Shown here piece by piece: positions 13,967-27,240 of a stretch of DNA of 64,000 nucleotides. The notes under the pieces were generated by a model. It was given only the letters and a program-made list of their open reading frames with translations, was not told the DNA's origin and made no database searches. The first letter of the stretch is position 1, and each line of letters opens with the position of its first letter. Source of the DNA: Octopus sinensis (Eukaryota); the NCBI RefSeq assembly GCF_006345805.1, contig NC_043017.1, forward strand, positions 31,930,001 through 31,994,000, in the 5' to 3' direction. Made by a program: the position numbers and the translations under genes.

Positions 13967-14001
13967 GTTTCCGACGAAGAGCTCTGCTCGAAACGTCAAA
14001 C
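13967..14001 (+). ncRNA. Minimal type I hammerhead-ribozyme-like motif (CCGACGA core variant) in a Penelope-like repeat
   Basis: gttt-CCGACGA-a-gagc-tct-gctc-GAAA-cg-TC-aaac: stem I gttt/aaac, stem II gagc/gctc; related copy at 20159-20193. Confidence 0.55.
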
Positions 14002-14097
14002 CCTCCTTCTTCCCTTATTTCCTGAGCGTCCAATAATACTATATTTGTTCCACGTCCTCGCGTTGTTGTGTTTTTTTGTGCTTTCTTGTTTGGATTA

Positions 14098-14136
<39 letters not shown>

Positions 14137-15632
14137 GAAAAGCAAGAGGAGAAAGGAGTTTATTCACATCCAAAACTTGTTTAATTAAAAAAAAGTATTC
14201 TGCAGCATATATAACAATGACCAACATATGTTTCTACTGCAGCAACTGCACCTTGCTTTGTATGCAGTTATGCATCCTAGTCACTGCAATTTCACCAAGG
14301 GTCTATCACTTACGACGTTTTCAAAGCAATGAGGATGTAATATTTTTGCTCTATGTTTCAGATGATGCAGATTCCGGATGCAAGAAACCACATTTCGAAA
14401 CTTTTAAATTCAATAAGCATATAGATGGGTTTATAAAGAGACAGATAGATATAAATATCTTCCTGGGACAAAAAACAACAGTAACACCGTCCTCTATAGG
14501 ACCGCCACATTTAGTTGACAAATATATTTTAAGAATAAACGGATAGGGATAAATAGAAAGACAAATAAATAAATGGATAAAAAAGTTAAAAATTTAAAAT
14601 TGGGCAAGGGGTGAAATTTGAGCCCCTCATTAATGTTTATAACATTAATTTTTAAATATTAATAATAAAATGGCTCACATGGGGATGTGGAGAATATTTA
14701 ATTTACATTATATTATTATTTACGATTATCTAGGCAAATACAATTAAAACACAAATTCTTTTCACTTTAATGTTTTTGTCTGTATTTAATTTCAATTTGC
14801 ATATGTTCGTCAGTTCGTTACGATCTCTTCAATGTAAACAAAATCAAAAATTTTAATTGGATGGGGAAAGGTGAGGGGAAGAGGTGGGAATGAAATTTTA
14901 AAAAGTTTTTCTTGCCTATTCATAATCTCCATCATCTAAAGTTTAGGAATCTGAAAAGTTTTTTTTTAAATGCATTTTTCAAGAAGTGCAGAACTGCATT
15001 AGTCACTTTTTATGTGCTACTATTAGTTTCAAGTGCTGAGAACGTGCCAAACAATGTTTTATAACATGTTTAGTGTCCCAGCACAAATCATCAGATACTG
15101 CCACATGGCATAATGAACTAAAAATAAGATGAGGGAAAAGGTGAAAAGAAAGTATTTATAAAAAGTGGAAGATTGGAAAACCAGAAAATGAAAAAGAAAT
15201 CAGCAAGAAGCAAAAAGGGGTATAAGAGTTATCTCCCATAGACCGTAAATTACATGACTGGAAAGATAGTAGTTTAGAGCCTATGGTACAGTTATTCAAT
15301 TTGGTTGGGGAAGTATTTTTGAATTCTTCAACGGGAACTTGGCTGCAAGCTTACAGCACCTGATGGACTACATTTTCATCGCTCTTACCATTACAGAACA
15401 ATACACTACACACACCATGATAGATCGTTAGCAAAAACACATATTTTTCTCTCCTTGTATTTTCTGTGTCCCTTTCTCTAGAAGAGCGTAGGCTCAAAAC
15501 GTAAAATACTTTTTCTATTCCTGAGCATTATACTAATACATCTGTTTGTTTTCTACACCAGCTGTCTTCGTCTTTTGTTTTTTCGTAAACTTTCCACACA
15601 CACACACACACACACATACACACACACACACT

Positions 15633-15667
<35 letters not shown>

Positions 15668-15716
15668 TCCAACCCATACCAGCATGGAAGGCAAATGCTA
15701 GATGATGATGATTACA

Positions 15717-16275
15717 TCAGGTTGAGTACAAAGTAAGCAACGTTTTGAAACATGAAATTGATCACAATATCTTTCAACAATGCAGAAATTTTATTCATCA
15801 AAGCAAGTACCATTACAATCAACACATTTTTTTCTATTGAGTTACAAGTTTGTTTATTCCGGTAACATAAAAATCTGGAGTTCAGGAGCTGATAAACTCT
15901 TTGAATGCTCTTTCGGCATTGGTTTGATTTTTGAACTCCTTCTCTCACAGGAAACCATCAAGGTGCTTGAAAACATGGTAGTCGGTAGGAGAAAGGTCTT
16001 GGGAATAAGCTGAGTGGGAAAGAACTTTGTAGCCAAGTTCCCTCAACTTGTGGAGAGTCATTAGTGAAATGCATGGTCAAGCATTGTCATGAAGAATGAT
16101 TGGTTCTCTTCTGTTGACCAGTCTGGGATGGAGGAGTAGTAGATTTTCGTTCATTTTGGCAATTTTTTTGGCAATATGGTTCTGCAGTAATGGTTTTATC
16201 AGGTTTAAAGAAGATATAGTGGATGAGCCCAGCAGTACACCTCCTAACAGTCACCATAACCTTCTTTTGAAGAGC
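15717..16275 (-). pseudogene. Mariner (cecropia/Hsmar1-like) transposase C-terminal relic with 3' TIR
   Basis: Frameshifted minus translation QKKVMVTV..AGLIHY..TITAE; LVNR..IILHDNA; YSQDLSPTDYHVFKHLDGFL; PDFYVTGINKLV..KKCVDCNG; TIR-like tcaggttgagtacaaagtaagcaacgttttg at ~15717. Confidence 0.88.
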
Positions 16276-16347
16276 GCGCACATACACACATATACACACA
16301 CAAACACACACACACACACACACACAAATGCACACACACACAAACAA

Positions 16348-16378
<31 letters not shown>

Positions 16379-16936
16379 AACAAACACACACACGCACACA
16401 CACACAAACACACACACAAACACACACACACACAAACACACACACAAACACACACACACATACAAACACACACACATGCACACACACGAACACACGCACA
16501 TAAATGGCTGATGCCATACAAAAAGCATCCAGTACACTCTGTAAAGTGGTTTGCATTAGGAAGGGCATCCAGCCATAGACATTATCCAGAAGTAAGGAAT
16601 GGGGCTTAGTCCAGCTCTCCAGCTTGTTAGCTCCTGTGAAAATGTCCAACCCATACCAGCATGGAAAATGAACGTTAGAGGATGATGATGGTATGTGTCT
16701 TTATAAGATTTGCTCTCCTTAATGCAACCTGTGCACAATTCCCCACATGCATGGTTTATGTAATTATCTTTCTCAAAAGTGCAGGCATGGTTCACTTCTA
16801 AGAAATTCAATTTGCAACCATGTGGTTTCAGGTTAAGACCCAATGTGTGGCACTTTGGGCGAGTGCCGCCTCCTGTAGGCCTGGGCTGACGAATGCTGTG
16901 CGAGTGAATTAGTCAATGGAAATTGTGTGGAATCCC

Positions 16937-16980
<44 letters not shown>

Positions 16981-17039
16981 TATATATATGTATGTATATG
17001 TATATATATATATATATATTATATATATATATATGTATG

Positions 17040-17267
17040 AGAGACTTACATGGTGTGGATGTGGGTTTCTTTAAAACTAAACTGGATCTCTTCTTGTTGG
17101 GAGTCCCAGATGAACCTACCTCACGACAGGAGACATGGATGCGGGCAGCAGCATCGAACTCCCTTGTTGATCAAGTGCCACGTATCAGAGGTGGATTCAC
17201 AAACTAGTGTAGCTCATTCAGCGGTGGTGCCCCAGCATGGCCGCGGCCTTCGGGCTAAAACATTTTT
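17040..17267 (+). mobile_element. LINE 3' end, diverged relative of the 5049-6172 element
   Basis: [42 protein letters not shown] then ggtggtgccccagcatggccgcggc tail. Confidence 0.8.
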
Positions 17268-17580
17268 AAGGATATATGTATATATATGTATATATATGTA
17301 TATATATGTATATATATGTATGTATATGTATATATATGTATATATATGTATATATATGTATATATATGTATGTATATGTATCCATGCATGCATGGAAGAT
17401 GGACATTAAACAATGATGATGATGATGACAATAGATATATGTGTGTGAATCTGTGTTTATTAATTAGAGAAGACTAGTTGAGCCTTAGGGTCAATGTAAT
17501 CAACTTCCCTTGAAACTATTAGCTTTGTCACAAAATTTTATACCATTATTATTATTATCATTATTATGATTATCATTGTG

Positions 17581-18070
17581 GAGTGAGAGAGCAATGCATG
17601 CCATCAAAGTGAGACTGGGGTACAAATATACGAAGCCCAGTATACCCATCATGACTACCCGTCTGATAAGGGTACACCAGGTACATGCATCATAACCATA
17701 CATCCACAACATGGTGATCTCATATGATGACAATCAGCACATGACCTTGCAGGTGGGGCCCAGTTACAATTTTCTTCAGGTTGAGTAACCCATCCTACAC
17801 AAAAGGTCATGTTTCCAAAGAGAAATTATGCACCCTCTCCACAAAGAATTCCTCTCAACACATGGCTATGATTGCTCCCCCACTACTTCTACTCTTGATC
17901 AGAGATGCACATATCGTCAGCCACTAAGGGACATGCTCAACTGGTTAAGGTCAAACAACTGGCAAGCAAATCTGTGGTATTGAGCAGAATATTAGCTGTA
18001 GCCCATCTTTTATACCAAGACAAAACAATGTACATGATAACACTTCCAATCAGTTAAGATCAGCAGCCAT
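17581..18070 (-). mobile_element. Interspersed repeat family D embedded in (TAA)n; possible Dong/R4 LINE 3' UTR
   Basis: Reverse complement of 34771-35266. Confidence 0.7.
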
Positions 18071-18275
18071 TATTATAATTGTTGTTGTTGTTGCTGTATT
18101 ATCATCATCATCATCATCATCATTATTATAAGTAGTAGTAGTAGTAGCAGCAGCAGCAACGGCAGCAGCAGCAGCAGCAACGGCGGCAGCAGCAGCAGCA
18201 GAATATTTGTTCTCTCACGGTGCTGTGTGTGTTGTGTGTGTGTGCATGTGTGTGTGTGTGTGTTGTGTGTGTGCA

Positions 18276-18327
<52 letters not shown>

Positions 18328-18341
18328 TGTGTGTGTGTGCA

Positions 18342-18373
<32 letters not shown>

Positions 18374-18403
18374 TGTGTGTGTGTGTATTTGTGTTTGTGT
18401 GTT

Positions 18404-18437
<34 letters not shown>

Positions 18438-18737
18438 TGTGTGTGTGTATATGTGTGTGTATATGATGTAACTTTTGAAAAACATTTTTCCTTCAAAATA
18501 CAAATTCTTGGAGGATTACAGACAAAATTTTTATTTGGAGTACTTGTGAAAAGCAAAAACAAAAATAAAATGACTAAACATAGAGTCTCTCCGCAATATC
18601 CATGGGGCAGATTAAAAAAAACAAAAAACGAGGTTTATTTTTTTTTATAAGCGTTTATACTTTTATTTACGTGTGCAAATCTAAAATGGCTTCCACACAC
18701 AATTATGCAACACATCAAAAATAATTCAATAGCCAGA

Positions 18738-18769
<32 letters not shown>

Positions 18770-18786
18770 TAATAATGATGATGATG

Positions 18787-18832
<46 letters not shown>

Positions 18833-18840
18833 TGATGATA

Positions 18841-18910
<70 letters not shown>

Positions 18911-18911
18911 T

Positions 18912-18967
<56 letters not shown>

Positions 18968-18992
18968 TGATAATAATGATAATAATGATAAC
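18738..18992. repeat. (AAT/GAT)n microsatellite
   Basis: Direct reading. Confidence 0.95.
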
Positions 18993-19157
18993 ATGAAAAA
19001 TCAAAACAAACAACTAAATAAGCAAGAGGAAAGAGATAAAAATGGACAGTTTAGAGAACAATTAACAGAAGAAAGTTTTCTAAATACTCTAATAAATATT
19101 TTGGCAAGAAATGACTGTAATAACAACAAGAACAAGAGTAGAAGAAATAACTCTTAC

Positions 19158-19253
19158 ACAATTTCAAATATTGCCTGTCCATTCATAGAACAGCTGCGTG
19201 AAGACAAACTTTCTCTCGATTCAAAATGAACAGAGTTTGTGGACTTGTCACAG
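19158..19253 (-). CDS. Candidate 96-nt internal coding exon (xCDKSTNSVHFESRESLSSRSCSMNGQAIFEI) of an unidentified host gene
   Basis: Minus strand atatatttctcttgtag|CTGTGAC...GAAATTGT|gtaagagt; one open frame; symmetric phase; non-repetitive sequence. Confidence 0.35.
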
Positions 19254-19579
19254 CTACAAGAGAAATATATGAAAAGGAGGAATTTTGTAAAACCCAACAA
19301 TATAATTTTTTGGCACGAAAGGTGGGCTGGGGGGAGGAGAAAAATTATGTAATTTTTCTTAGAAAAAAAGGATGGAAGAGAGTTAAATTTTTTTGTCATG
19401 TCAAGAAGTATAACAATTCTCCAGGACATATTAGGAAAAAATTATTTCAATTGAAATCGGTAAAAAAAACCTTGGCACTATTTGCTGTACCTCTATAACT
19501 GAAAAGGTAACCAAAATACAGGCTGGAATTGTCAGGTGTGCATCTAACTATACATTTGTGCTGCAGTATCTTTGACTTT

Positions 19580-19815
19580 TGGGCGGTGAGCTGGCAGAAG
19601 CGTTAGCATGCTGGGCGAGATGCTTAGCGGTATTTCGTCAGCGGCTACGTTCTGAGTTCAAATTCCGCCGAGGTCGACTTTGCCTTTCATCCTTTCGGGG
19701 TCGATAAATTAAGTACCAGTTGCGCACTGGGGTCGATGTAATCGACTTAATCCTATGTCTGTCCTTGTTTGTCCCCTCTATGTTTAGCCCCTTGTGGGTA
19801 ATAAAGATATAAGTA
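19580..19815 (+). mobile_element. SINE family B, full length, with apparent TSD agtatctttgactttt
   Basis: ggcggtgagctggcagaagcgttagc head; agtatctttgactttt at ~19565 and ~19812. Confidence 0.85.
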
Positions 19816-20530
19816 TCTTTGACTTTTATTTTTTTTTACTTGTTTCAGTCGTAAGATGGCTGCCATGCTGGGGCACTGCCTTGAAGAATCTTTAGCCCAG
19901 TGAATCAACCCCAATACTTATTATTTTTAAGCCAGATGCTTATACTATTTATCTCTTTTGCTGAACTGCTAAGTTGATGTAAACACATGAACACCAGTTG
20001 TCAAGCAGTGGTGGGTAGGGTGGGGGGGGGTACAAACACAGATACTAAGACACACATACACACATACACACACACATGTATATATATATGACCTCGTGTG
20101 TACCGTTGGCAATTTTTTTTCACCTGTCTTCCCTTCTCTGGATCTTTCCTTCTACTATGTTTCCGACGAAAAGCTCCGCTCGAAATGTTAAGCCCTCCTT
20201 CTTTCCTGAGCGTCCAATAATATTATATTTATTCCACATCCTTGCGTTGTTGTGTTTTTTTGTGCTTTCTTGTTTGGATTAACTTCAGCGACTGAAGAAG
20301 GTTTTTTTTTTTTGTGTTAATTGTCCTGTACTCTATTTTTTTGTTGATTAAAAAATGTCCAGTTCCTTAGGTTTGTGTCTATGTGTTCATTTCTCATTGT
20401 GTTCGACGTCTTTTTGGTGTCCTGTACTCATATATGTGTGTATATGTACATGTAGAGGTAGGTACGTACATATATATGTTTATGTATATGCATATGTTTT
20501 ATTTATTAATATAATATATATATATATATG

Positions 20531-20878
20531 CTGAGACTCCCTTCGGTCATGATACAGAACATGGGATTGCACCTAGAAAGTTACCCTCCCAGGCACAAGT
20601 CCGGGCAAGGTTATTTATGGAAGACCAGCAGTCAGTCGCCCATGCATACCAGTCTCCCTTCTCCATGCCACCAGTGTTATCCAAGGGAAAGACAAAGGTC
20701 GATACAGCTTGGTACCAGTGACGTCACAACTCAATTCTACAGCTGAGTAAACTGGAGCAACATGAAATAAAGTGTCTTGCTCAAGAACAAAACATGCAGC
20801 CCGGTCCAGGATTCAAACTCACAACCTCATGATTGGATTGTAAGCTCTATGCTCTAACCACTGAGCCATGCACCTTCA
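20531..20878 (-). mobile_element. tRNA-derived SINE family E; second copy 45245-45577, partial 54357-54490(+)
   Basis: Minus head gaaggtgcatggctcagtggttagagc, B-box gtttgaatcc, ttcttgagcaagacacttta core; shared with the 45245 copy. Confidence 0.8.
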
Positions 20879-21271
20879 CATATATATATACAACAGACTT
20901 TTTTCAGTTTCCTTCTACCAAATCTACTCACAAGACTTTGGTTGGCCCAAGGTTATAGTAGAAGACACTTGCCCAAAGTGCCATGCAATGAGATTGAACC
21001 CAGAGTCTTGTAGTTTAGAAGCAAGGTTCTTACCATACAGCCATGACTAAAAGAAACATAAGAGTTAAAATGACATACATTGAAAACAATGTAGCCCCAT
21101 GGCTAGTGCTGAATTTTGTCTCACATTATGGGAAAGTAGCAAAAGCTGATATAATGACAAGTAACCTGTGATCAGGTGTCACCAAAATGAACTTGTCAGT
21201 TTTAATGACCAATAAAGGTGACAGAGTTGCATCAGAATTGAGACAAAGGGCATGGAATTGATGGTATTAAG

Positions 21272-21735
21272 TAGTGGCAGAAACGTTAGCACACCGGGCA
21301 AAATGCTTTGCGGTATTTCGTCTGCCGTTACATTCTGAGTTAAAATTCTGCCGAGGTCGACTTCGTCTTTCATTCTTTTGGGTCGATTAAATAAGTACCA
21401 GTTACACACTGGGGTCAATATAATCGACTTAATCTGTTTGTCTGTCCTTGTTCGTCCCCTCTGTTTTTAGTCCCTTGTGGGTAGTAAAGAAATAAGTATT
21501 AAGTAGTGGCAGAATCGTTAGCACGCCGGGCGAAATACTTTGCTGTATTTCATCTGCTGCTACGTTCTGAGTTCAAATTCCGCCGAGGTCAACTTTGCCT
21601 TTCATCCTTTCGGGGTCGATTAAATAAGTACCAGTTACTCCCTCGGGGTCGATGTAATCGACTTAATCCGTGTATCTGTCCTTGTTCGTCCCCTCTGTGT
21701 TTAGCCCCTTGTGGGTAGTAAAGAAATAGGTATTA
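21272..21735 (+). mobile_element. Two tandem family B SINEs
   Basis: gtattaagtag separates and flanks two complete copies. Confidence 0.85.
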
Positions 21736-21990
21736 AGTAGAAAGTCTGCTTTTATTTGTTGGAGTAAAACCCAGCTCAGAAGAACTGGTTAGTAAATACA
21801 AGGAAAATTAAAATAATGTCCTCACACACAACTGATACTCACTTGCACCCTTGCATACATCTACCCAAGCAAATACATACATATGCACCATCTACCTGAT
21901 GCTATCAGCCCTCATCTAGAAAGCAACTTAAACACAGGCTCTCTCCTTATACACATGCATAGCAGATACAATTTTTTAAAATTTTATAAT

Positions 21991-22420
21991 TGTAGGAGTG
22001 GCTGTGTGGTAAGTAGCTTGCTAACCAACTACATGGTTCCGAGTTCAGTCCCACTGCGTGGCATCTTGGGCAAGTGTCTTCTGCTATAGCCCCGAGCCGA
22101 CCAATGCCTTGTGAGTGGATTTGGTAGACGGAAACTGAAAGAATCCTGTCGTATATATGTATATATATATATATATGTATGTGTGTGTATGTGTTTGTGT
22201 GTCTGTGTTTGTCTCCCTAGCATTGCTTGACAATCGATGCTGGTGTGTTTACATCTCCGTCACTTAGTGGTTCGGCAAAAGAGACCGATAGAATAAGTAC
22301 TGGGCTTACAAAAGAATAAGTCCCGGGGTCGAGTTGCTCGATTAAAGGTGGTGCTCCAGCATGGCCGCAGTCAAATGACTGAAACAAGTAAAAGAGTAAA
22401 AGAGTAAAGAGTAAAGAGTA
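21991..22420 (+). mobile_element. SINE family A
   Basis: Full consensus with (GAGTAAA)n tail. Confidence 0.9.
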
Positions 22421-23476
22421 CGGAGCTGTCAATGCGAAAATATATTGATTTCTGACAGTGAGACAAAATTACACATTTTTTTAGGTAGACGTAGCCAGTT
22501 GTACTGATTTTATCGACTGCAGGAGGATGTGAGGCAAGATAATTTTGCCGTGACATGAAATCAAAAGTTAAGCGTATGTAGCTTCATATGTCATGTGCCT
22601 TCTGCTATTGTATGTGTGTGTGTGTGTGTGTTGTGTGTGTGTGTGTGTGTGTGTGTGTGATTGTGCATGAGCATGTGTGAATCTGTCTACCTGTCTATCT
22701 GCCACATGAGTTGTAGTATGAAATTGAATGCATCTGATGTAGGATGTAGGCTGTACACAATCGTGCTATGTTTTCGACAGTGTGAAAAATTGTGATCTTC
22801 CATTTGGCTCTCGTGTGTTTGTTCATGTTTTTCTTTGTCCTACCAACCATTCCACTTATTATTACTTGGAACAGTTTTTCTCATGTTTATCTTCATTTAT
22901 TTTCCTTTCTAATGTAATAGTTTCTCGACTTCTTTGCAACTGATATTTCGGCAAAAAAAGCGATTGAAATGTCCATCAGAATAAAGAGATTCTCATTTCT
23001 GTCTTGGATTATTATGTTCTGGTGGCTCACCTAATTCTTATTGCCTGTGGGACAGACATTTCGCAGATTATCATAACTTCATCATTTTCACATTGCTCCA
23101 TTAGATACACACTTGGTCATTATATGTCACTTCACAATGAAGAACTGTCAAAGCAAACACGTTCATGTCTATGGGTACATATCAGTGACTCTCAATAATT
23201 TTGACAGAAAATGTACTGGGAATCAAACGAAATTTTCTAGTGAATGTTACAGGGATAGTTACACATAGCTTCATGGACGAGAAGCTTGTTTTGCAACCAC
23301 ATGGTTTTGAGTTCAGTCCCACTGCACAGCACCTTGGACAAATGTCTTCTTCTATAGGCCTGGGCTGATCTGTTCCTTGTCGGTGAATTTGGTAGAGAGA
23401 AACAGCATGAAAGCCCATTGTGTGTGTGTGTGTGTACGCGCATATGTGTGTTATAATTATTAAGGTGGTAGAAAGG

Positions 23477-24240
23477 TGGCGAGCTGGCAGAATCATTAGC
23501 ATGCTGGGTGAAATGCTTAGTGGTATTTCGTCTGTCTTTACGTTCTGAGTTCAAATTCCGCCGAGGTCGACTTTGCCTTTCATCTTTCCGGGGTCGATTA
23601 AATAAGTACCAGTTACGCACTGGGTTGATATAATCGACTTAATCCGTTTGTCTATCCTTGTTTGTCCCCTCTGTGTTTAGCCCCTTGTAGGTAGTAAAGA
23701 AATACGTATTTCGTCTGTCGTTACGTTCTGAGTTCAAATTCTGTCGAGGTCGAATTTGCCTTTCATCCTTTCGGGGTCGTTAAATTAAGTACCATTTATG
23801 CACTGGGGTCGATGTAATCAACTTAATCAATTTATCTGTCCTTGTTTGTCCCCTCTGTGTTTAGCCCCTTGTGGGTAGTAAAGAAATAGGCATTTCGTAT
23901 GCCACTAAGTTTTGAGTTCAAATTCCGCCAAGGTCAACTTTGCCTTTCCTCATTTCAGGATTAATAAAATAAATACCAGCTGAATATTGAGGTCAATGTA
24001 ATCAACTTTCCTCCTTCCACAAATTTCAGGACTAGTGGAAAGGACTATTACTAAGGTGGTGCAACAGCAGAATCATTAGCACGTTTGTGAGTTCAAATTC
24101 TGCTGAGGTCAACATTATCTTTCATCTATTCAGAGTCAGTGAAATAAGTACCAGCTAAACACTGGGGCTGGTTTAATCAACTGGCCCTCATCACCCAAAA
24201 TTTCAGGCCTTGTGGAAAGGATTATTATTATTATTATTAT
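23477..24240 (+). mobile_element. Family B SINE multimer plus older related copies
   Basis: Body repeats restart at gtatttcgtc (~23706, ~23890). Confidence 0.8.
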
Positions 24241-24372
24241 CATTTAAGGTGGCGAGCTGGCAGAACCGTTAGCACACCAGACAAAATGATTAGCAGTATT
24301 TCACCCGTTGCTACATCTCTTCAGTTATCCGGCCATCGGAAAAATGCTATGGAAAATGAAAAATGATGGCCG

Positions 24373-24433
24373 GATAACTGAAGAGATGATCGCACGGATA
24401 TCTACCTCGGCATCCGAAACTCGGAGTTTTATC
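24373..24433 (+). ncRNA. Complete type I hammerhead ribozyme motif
   Basis: gataa-CTGAAGA-gatg...catc-c-GAAA-ctc-g-gag-TT-ttatc: stem I gataa/ttatc, stem II gatg/catc, near-palindromic stem III ctc/gag, GUU cleavage triplet at 24426-24428. Confidence 0.7.
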
Positions 24434-24534
24434 TTGGCTACCGAATAATTGTCACATATTACATTTACAGATAAATTCCTCTATTTACATAATATCGAGG
24501 TCTCTTTCTTTCTTTTGTTGTTTTACCATTTTTA

Positions 24535-24570
24535 TCAATATATATATATATATATGTATATGTATATATG

Positions 24571-24619
<49 letters not shown>

Positions 24620-24622
24620 GTA

Positions 24623-24653
<31 letters not shown>

Positions 24654-24654
24654 A

Positions 24655-24704
<50 letters not shown>

Positions 24705-24800
24705 GTATTATGTATATATATATATAATATATATATTATATATATATATATATATAACATATATATATATATATGTATATATGTATATATGTATATATGT

Positions 24801-24832
<32 letters not shown>
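24535..24832. repeat. (AT)n microsatellite; similar blocks at 25890-26262, 27795-27985, 43790-44050, 58090-58460
   Basis: Direct reading. Confidence 0.95.
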
Positions 24833-26138
24833 GAGATACGATGGGCTTCTTTCGGTTTCTGTCTACCAAGCTCACTCAGAAGTCTACAGCAGCTGTAACA
24901 GAAGACATTTGCCCAAGGTGCCAACAGTGGGACTGAACCCAAAACTGTGTGGTTGAGAAACAAACGTCTTATCACACAGCTATGCCTGCACCCATTAAAC
25001 CACTACCATCATCATCATAATCATCACCATCATCATTATTATTTCTATTATCATCATCATCATCATCATTGTTATTATTAAGCTGAAGAAGAAGGTAAAA
25101 ATCAATAACAACAAGGATAGCAACGGGTACTAAGTGTTAGAGAGATAATACTTTAGCAGTGATTACGCATTCCGTTGGAGCTTGTATACACTAATGCCCT
25201 CTGTACAGGAGCCAAGCAGACCATTTTCCGCATAAGCACATGATACATAAAGTCTCTTTAAATGTTTTCTTTGTCAAACTCTGAAAGAGGGGTCTATAAT
25301 TAGATAAAAGTTTGATCTGTCCTAGGAAGATTATCTTTTAGCCAAAGCCACTTTAAAGAGGAAAATGTTGGATTTGATGTTTTAGTTATTTCCCAGAAGA
25401 ATTAGAAAAGAGAGAATTGCATTAGAGAAATAAAAATTCTTAAAAGTCAAATTGACCATTTGCGCTGATGCCTCTGCGAGGATTCGTTTATCTTTGCTTT
25501 GCTCTTGGGAGAATGGATGGTATCTAGAGCAGCTTAGTTAACAAGTTTGCCATTAAAGAGTCAGAGTTCAGAACAAGGTGTTTATCTCCCTTGGAAGCTC
25601 TCAGATTGGAGAATGTCTTTTCTCATTTAGTCTAATGTGAAATTTCTAATGTAAATAACTGAATTCTTCATAAATGTTTAATGTACAGGTTGTCAGACAA
25701 ATGGTTGAAAGTAGAAATATCTCAGAAGCATGGCATGTTGGCCAATCTGTTTTGCATCAGAATGGCATCTCTATTGAAATCCTTTCCCAAACATGTTTTT
25801 CCCACGGTGATAGTCACTGGAATTAGTACACAAGAAACCGCCCACCATGCTTTAGCGTGAATTGTTTGGAGAATATAAACAAAATGGGCATATATATACA
25901 TATATATATATACACACACACACATATATATATATGTATATATGTATATAATATATATATATATATACACATATATATATGTATATATATATATATGTAT
26001 ATATAATATATATATATGCATATATATATATATAATATATATACATGCATATATATATGTATATATATATATATGTATTTATGTATATAAATATGTGATT
26101 ATATACATATATGTGTATATATATATATGTATATAAAT

Positions 26139-26216
<78 letters not shown>

Positions 26217-26907
26217 GCATATATATATATATATAAGTATTTATGTATATATATATATATATAGGTGTGTGTTGGTATGTTTAGAGAAGAGCAAGTGAGA
26301 CTAACAGCAGATGAGGTATCTAATGCACATTCATTCTTCGCTTTCCTTCATCAATGAAAGGCTTTCGCTCCTCCAAATTGCATACCAACATTCACTGCAT
26401 TTGTTTACATTCTCCTCGTTTTCTCTTTGATGATATTAACTTCACACTCTTACTAATAGACGTCATTATGCAATTCCACTCATGCATGTCCACTAAGCGC
26501 ACTGACACCCGGCCTCGTAACAAACCACTCAACAACCATATTGAACCAATGAGAAAGAAGCTCTGTGTAGTCAAATGACGAGCTAGAAATAGCTGCCAAA
26601 TCTCTTTCGGATCACAATTTTATCTTTCTTCTTTTTTTTTTCTGAGTGTGTATAATCTGTGTAATATTGTGTGAGATGATTTGTGTATTAAAAGTTGAGA
26701 TAAGTGAAGACATGGCTGAGTAACATGAAGTTTGCCCCCTAACCACATGGTTCTGGATTCAGTCCCACTGTGTGACACCTTGGACAAATGTCTTCTATCA
26801 TAGACCCAGGCTATGATAGAAGATGGAAGATATAGGAATAGAGAAAGAAACAAGGAGAGAAAATAAAGAATGTGTAGTGGCTAGCGATCTTGTATGTATG
26901 TATGTAT

Positions 26908-27240
26908 GTTGCATGGTCGGGTCATCGGCGACTAAACCGGCAACCCCACCAACTTTGCTTGGTGAGGAGGGTGTTTATTGGACACCCTGCGGGATGAAAA
27001 ACAAAACCCATCAAAGGGCGGAGGAACTCTTGAGAGTCAACGGCCATCCAATAAATGTCTTAAGGCTGTATCATGCGTGGGGACATAGAAATAATCGGAC
27101 TGAATACCCGCTCGAGCGGTTAAACCATTGGGAGTGAAGGACTCCTAGCCTTTGTTAGGGCATCCTTCTAGGAGAAGGTAACTCAGGTAACTGGGATAAC
27201 TCCGACATAAAACCTGCGGCTCAGTGGTTACCGATGATGT
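26908..27240 (+). mobile_element. GC-richer RTE-5'UTR-like non-autonomous element
   Basis: gggcatccttctaggagaaggtaactc...taaaacc resembles the conserved RTE leader motif; ends in gatgatg. Confidence 0.4.

Noticed and set aside
18705-19229. Asn-rich 174-aa ORF
   Set aside because: Mostly (AAT)n; the remainder has no recognisable domain and overlaps a better minus-strand exon candidate
21843-21915. Minus-strand exon candidate with GTGAGT donor
   Set aside because: Stops in all three frames
22850-23240. Possible R4/Dong endonuclease relic (MIICEMSVP)
   Set aside because: Too degenerate, with many stops; cannot be supported by eye
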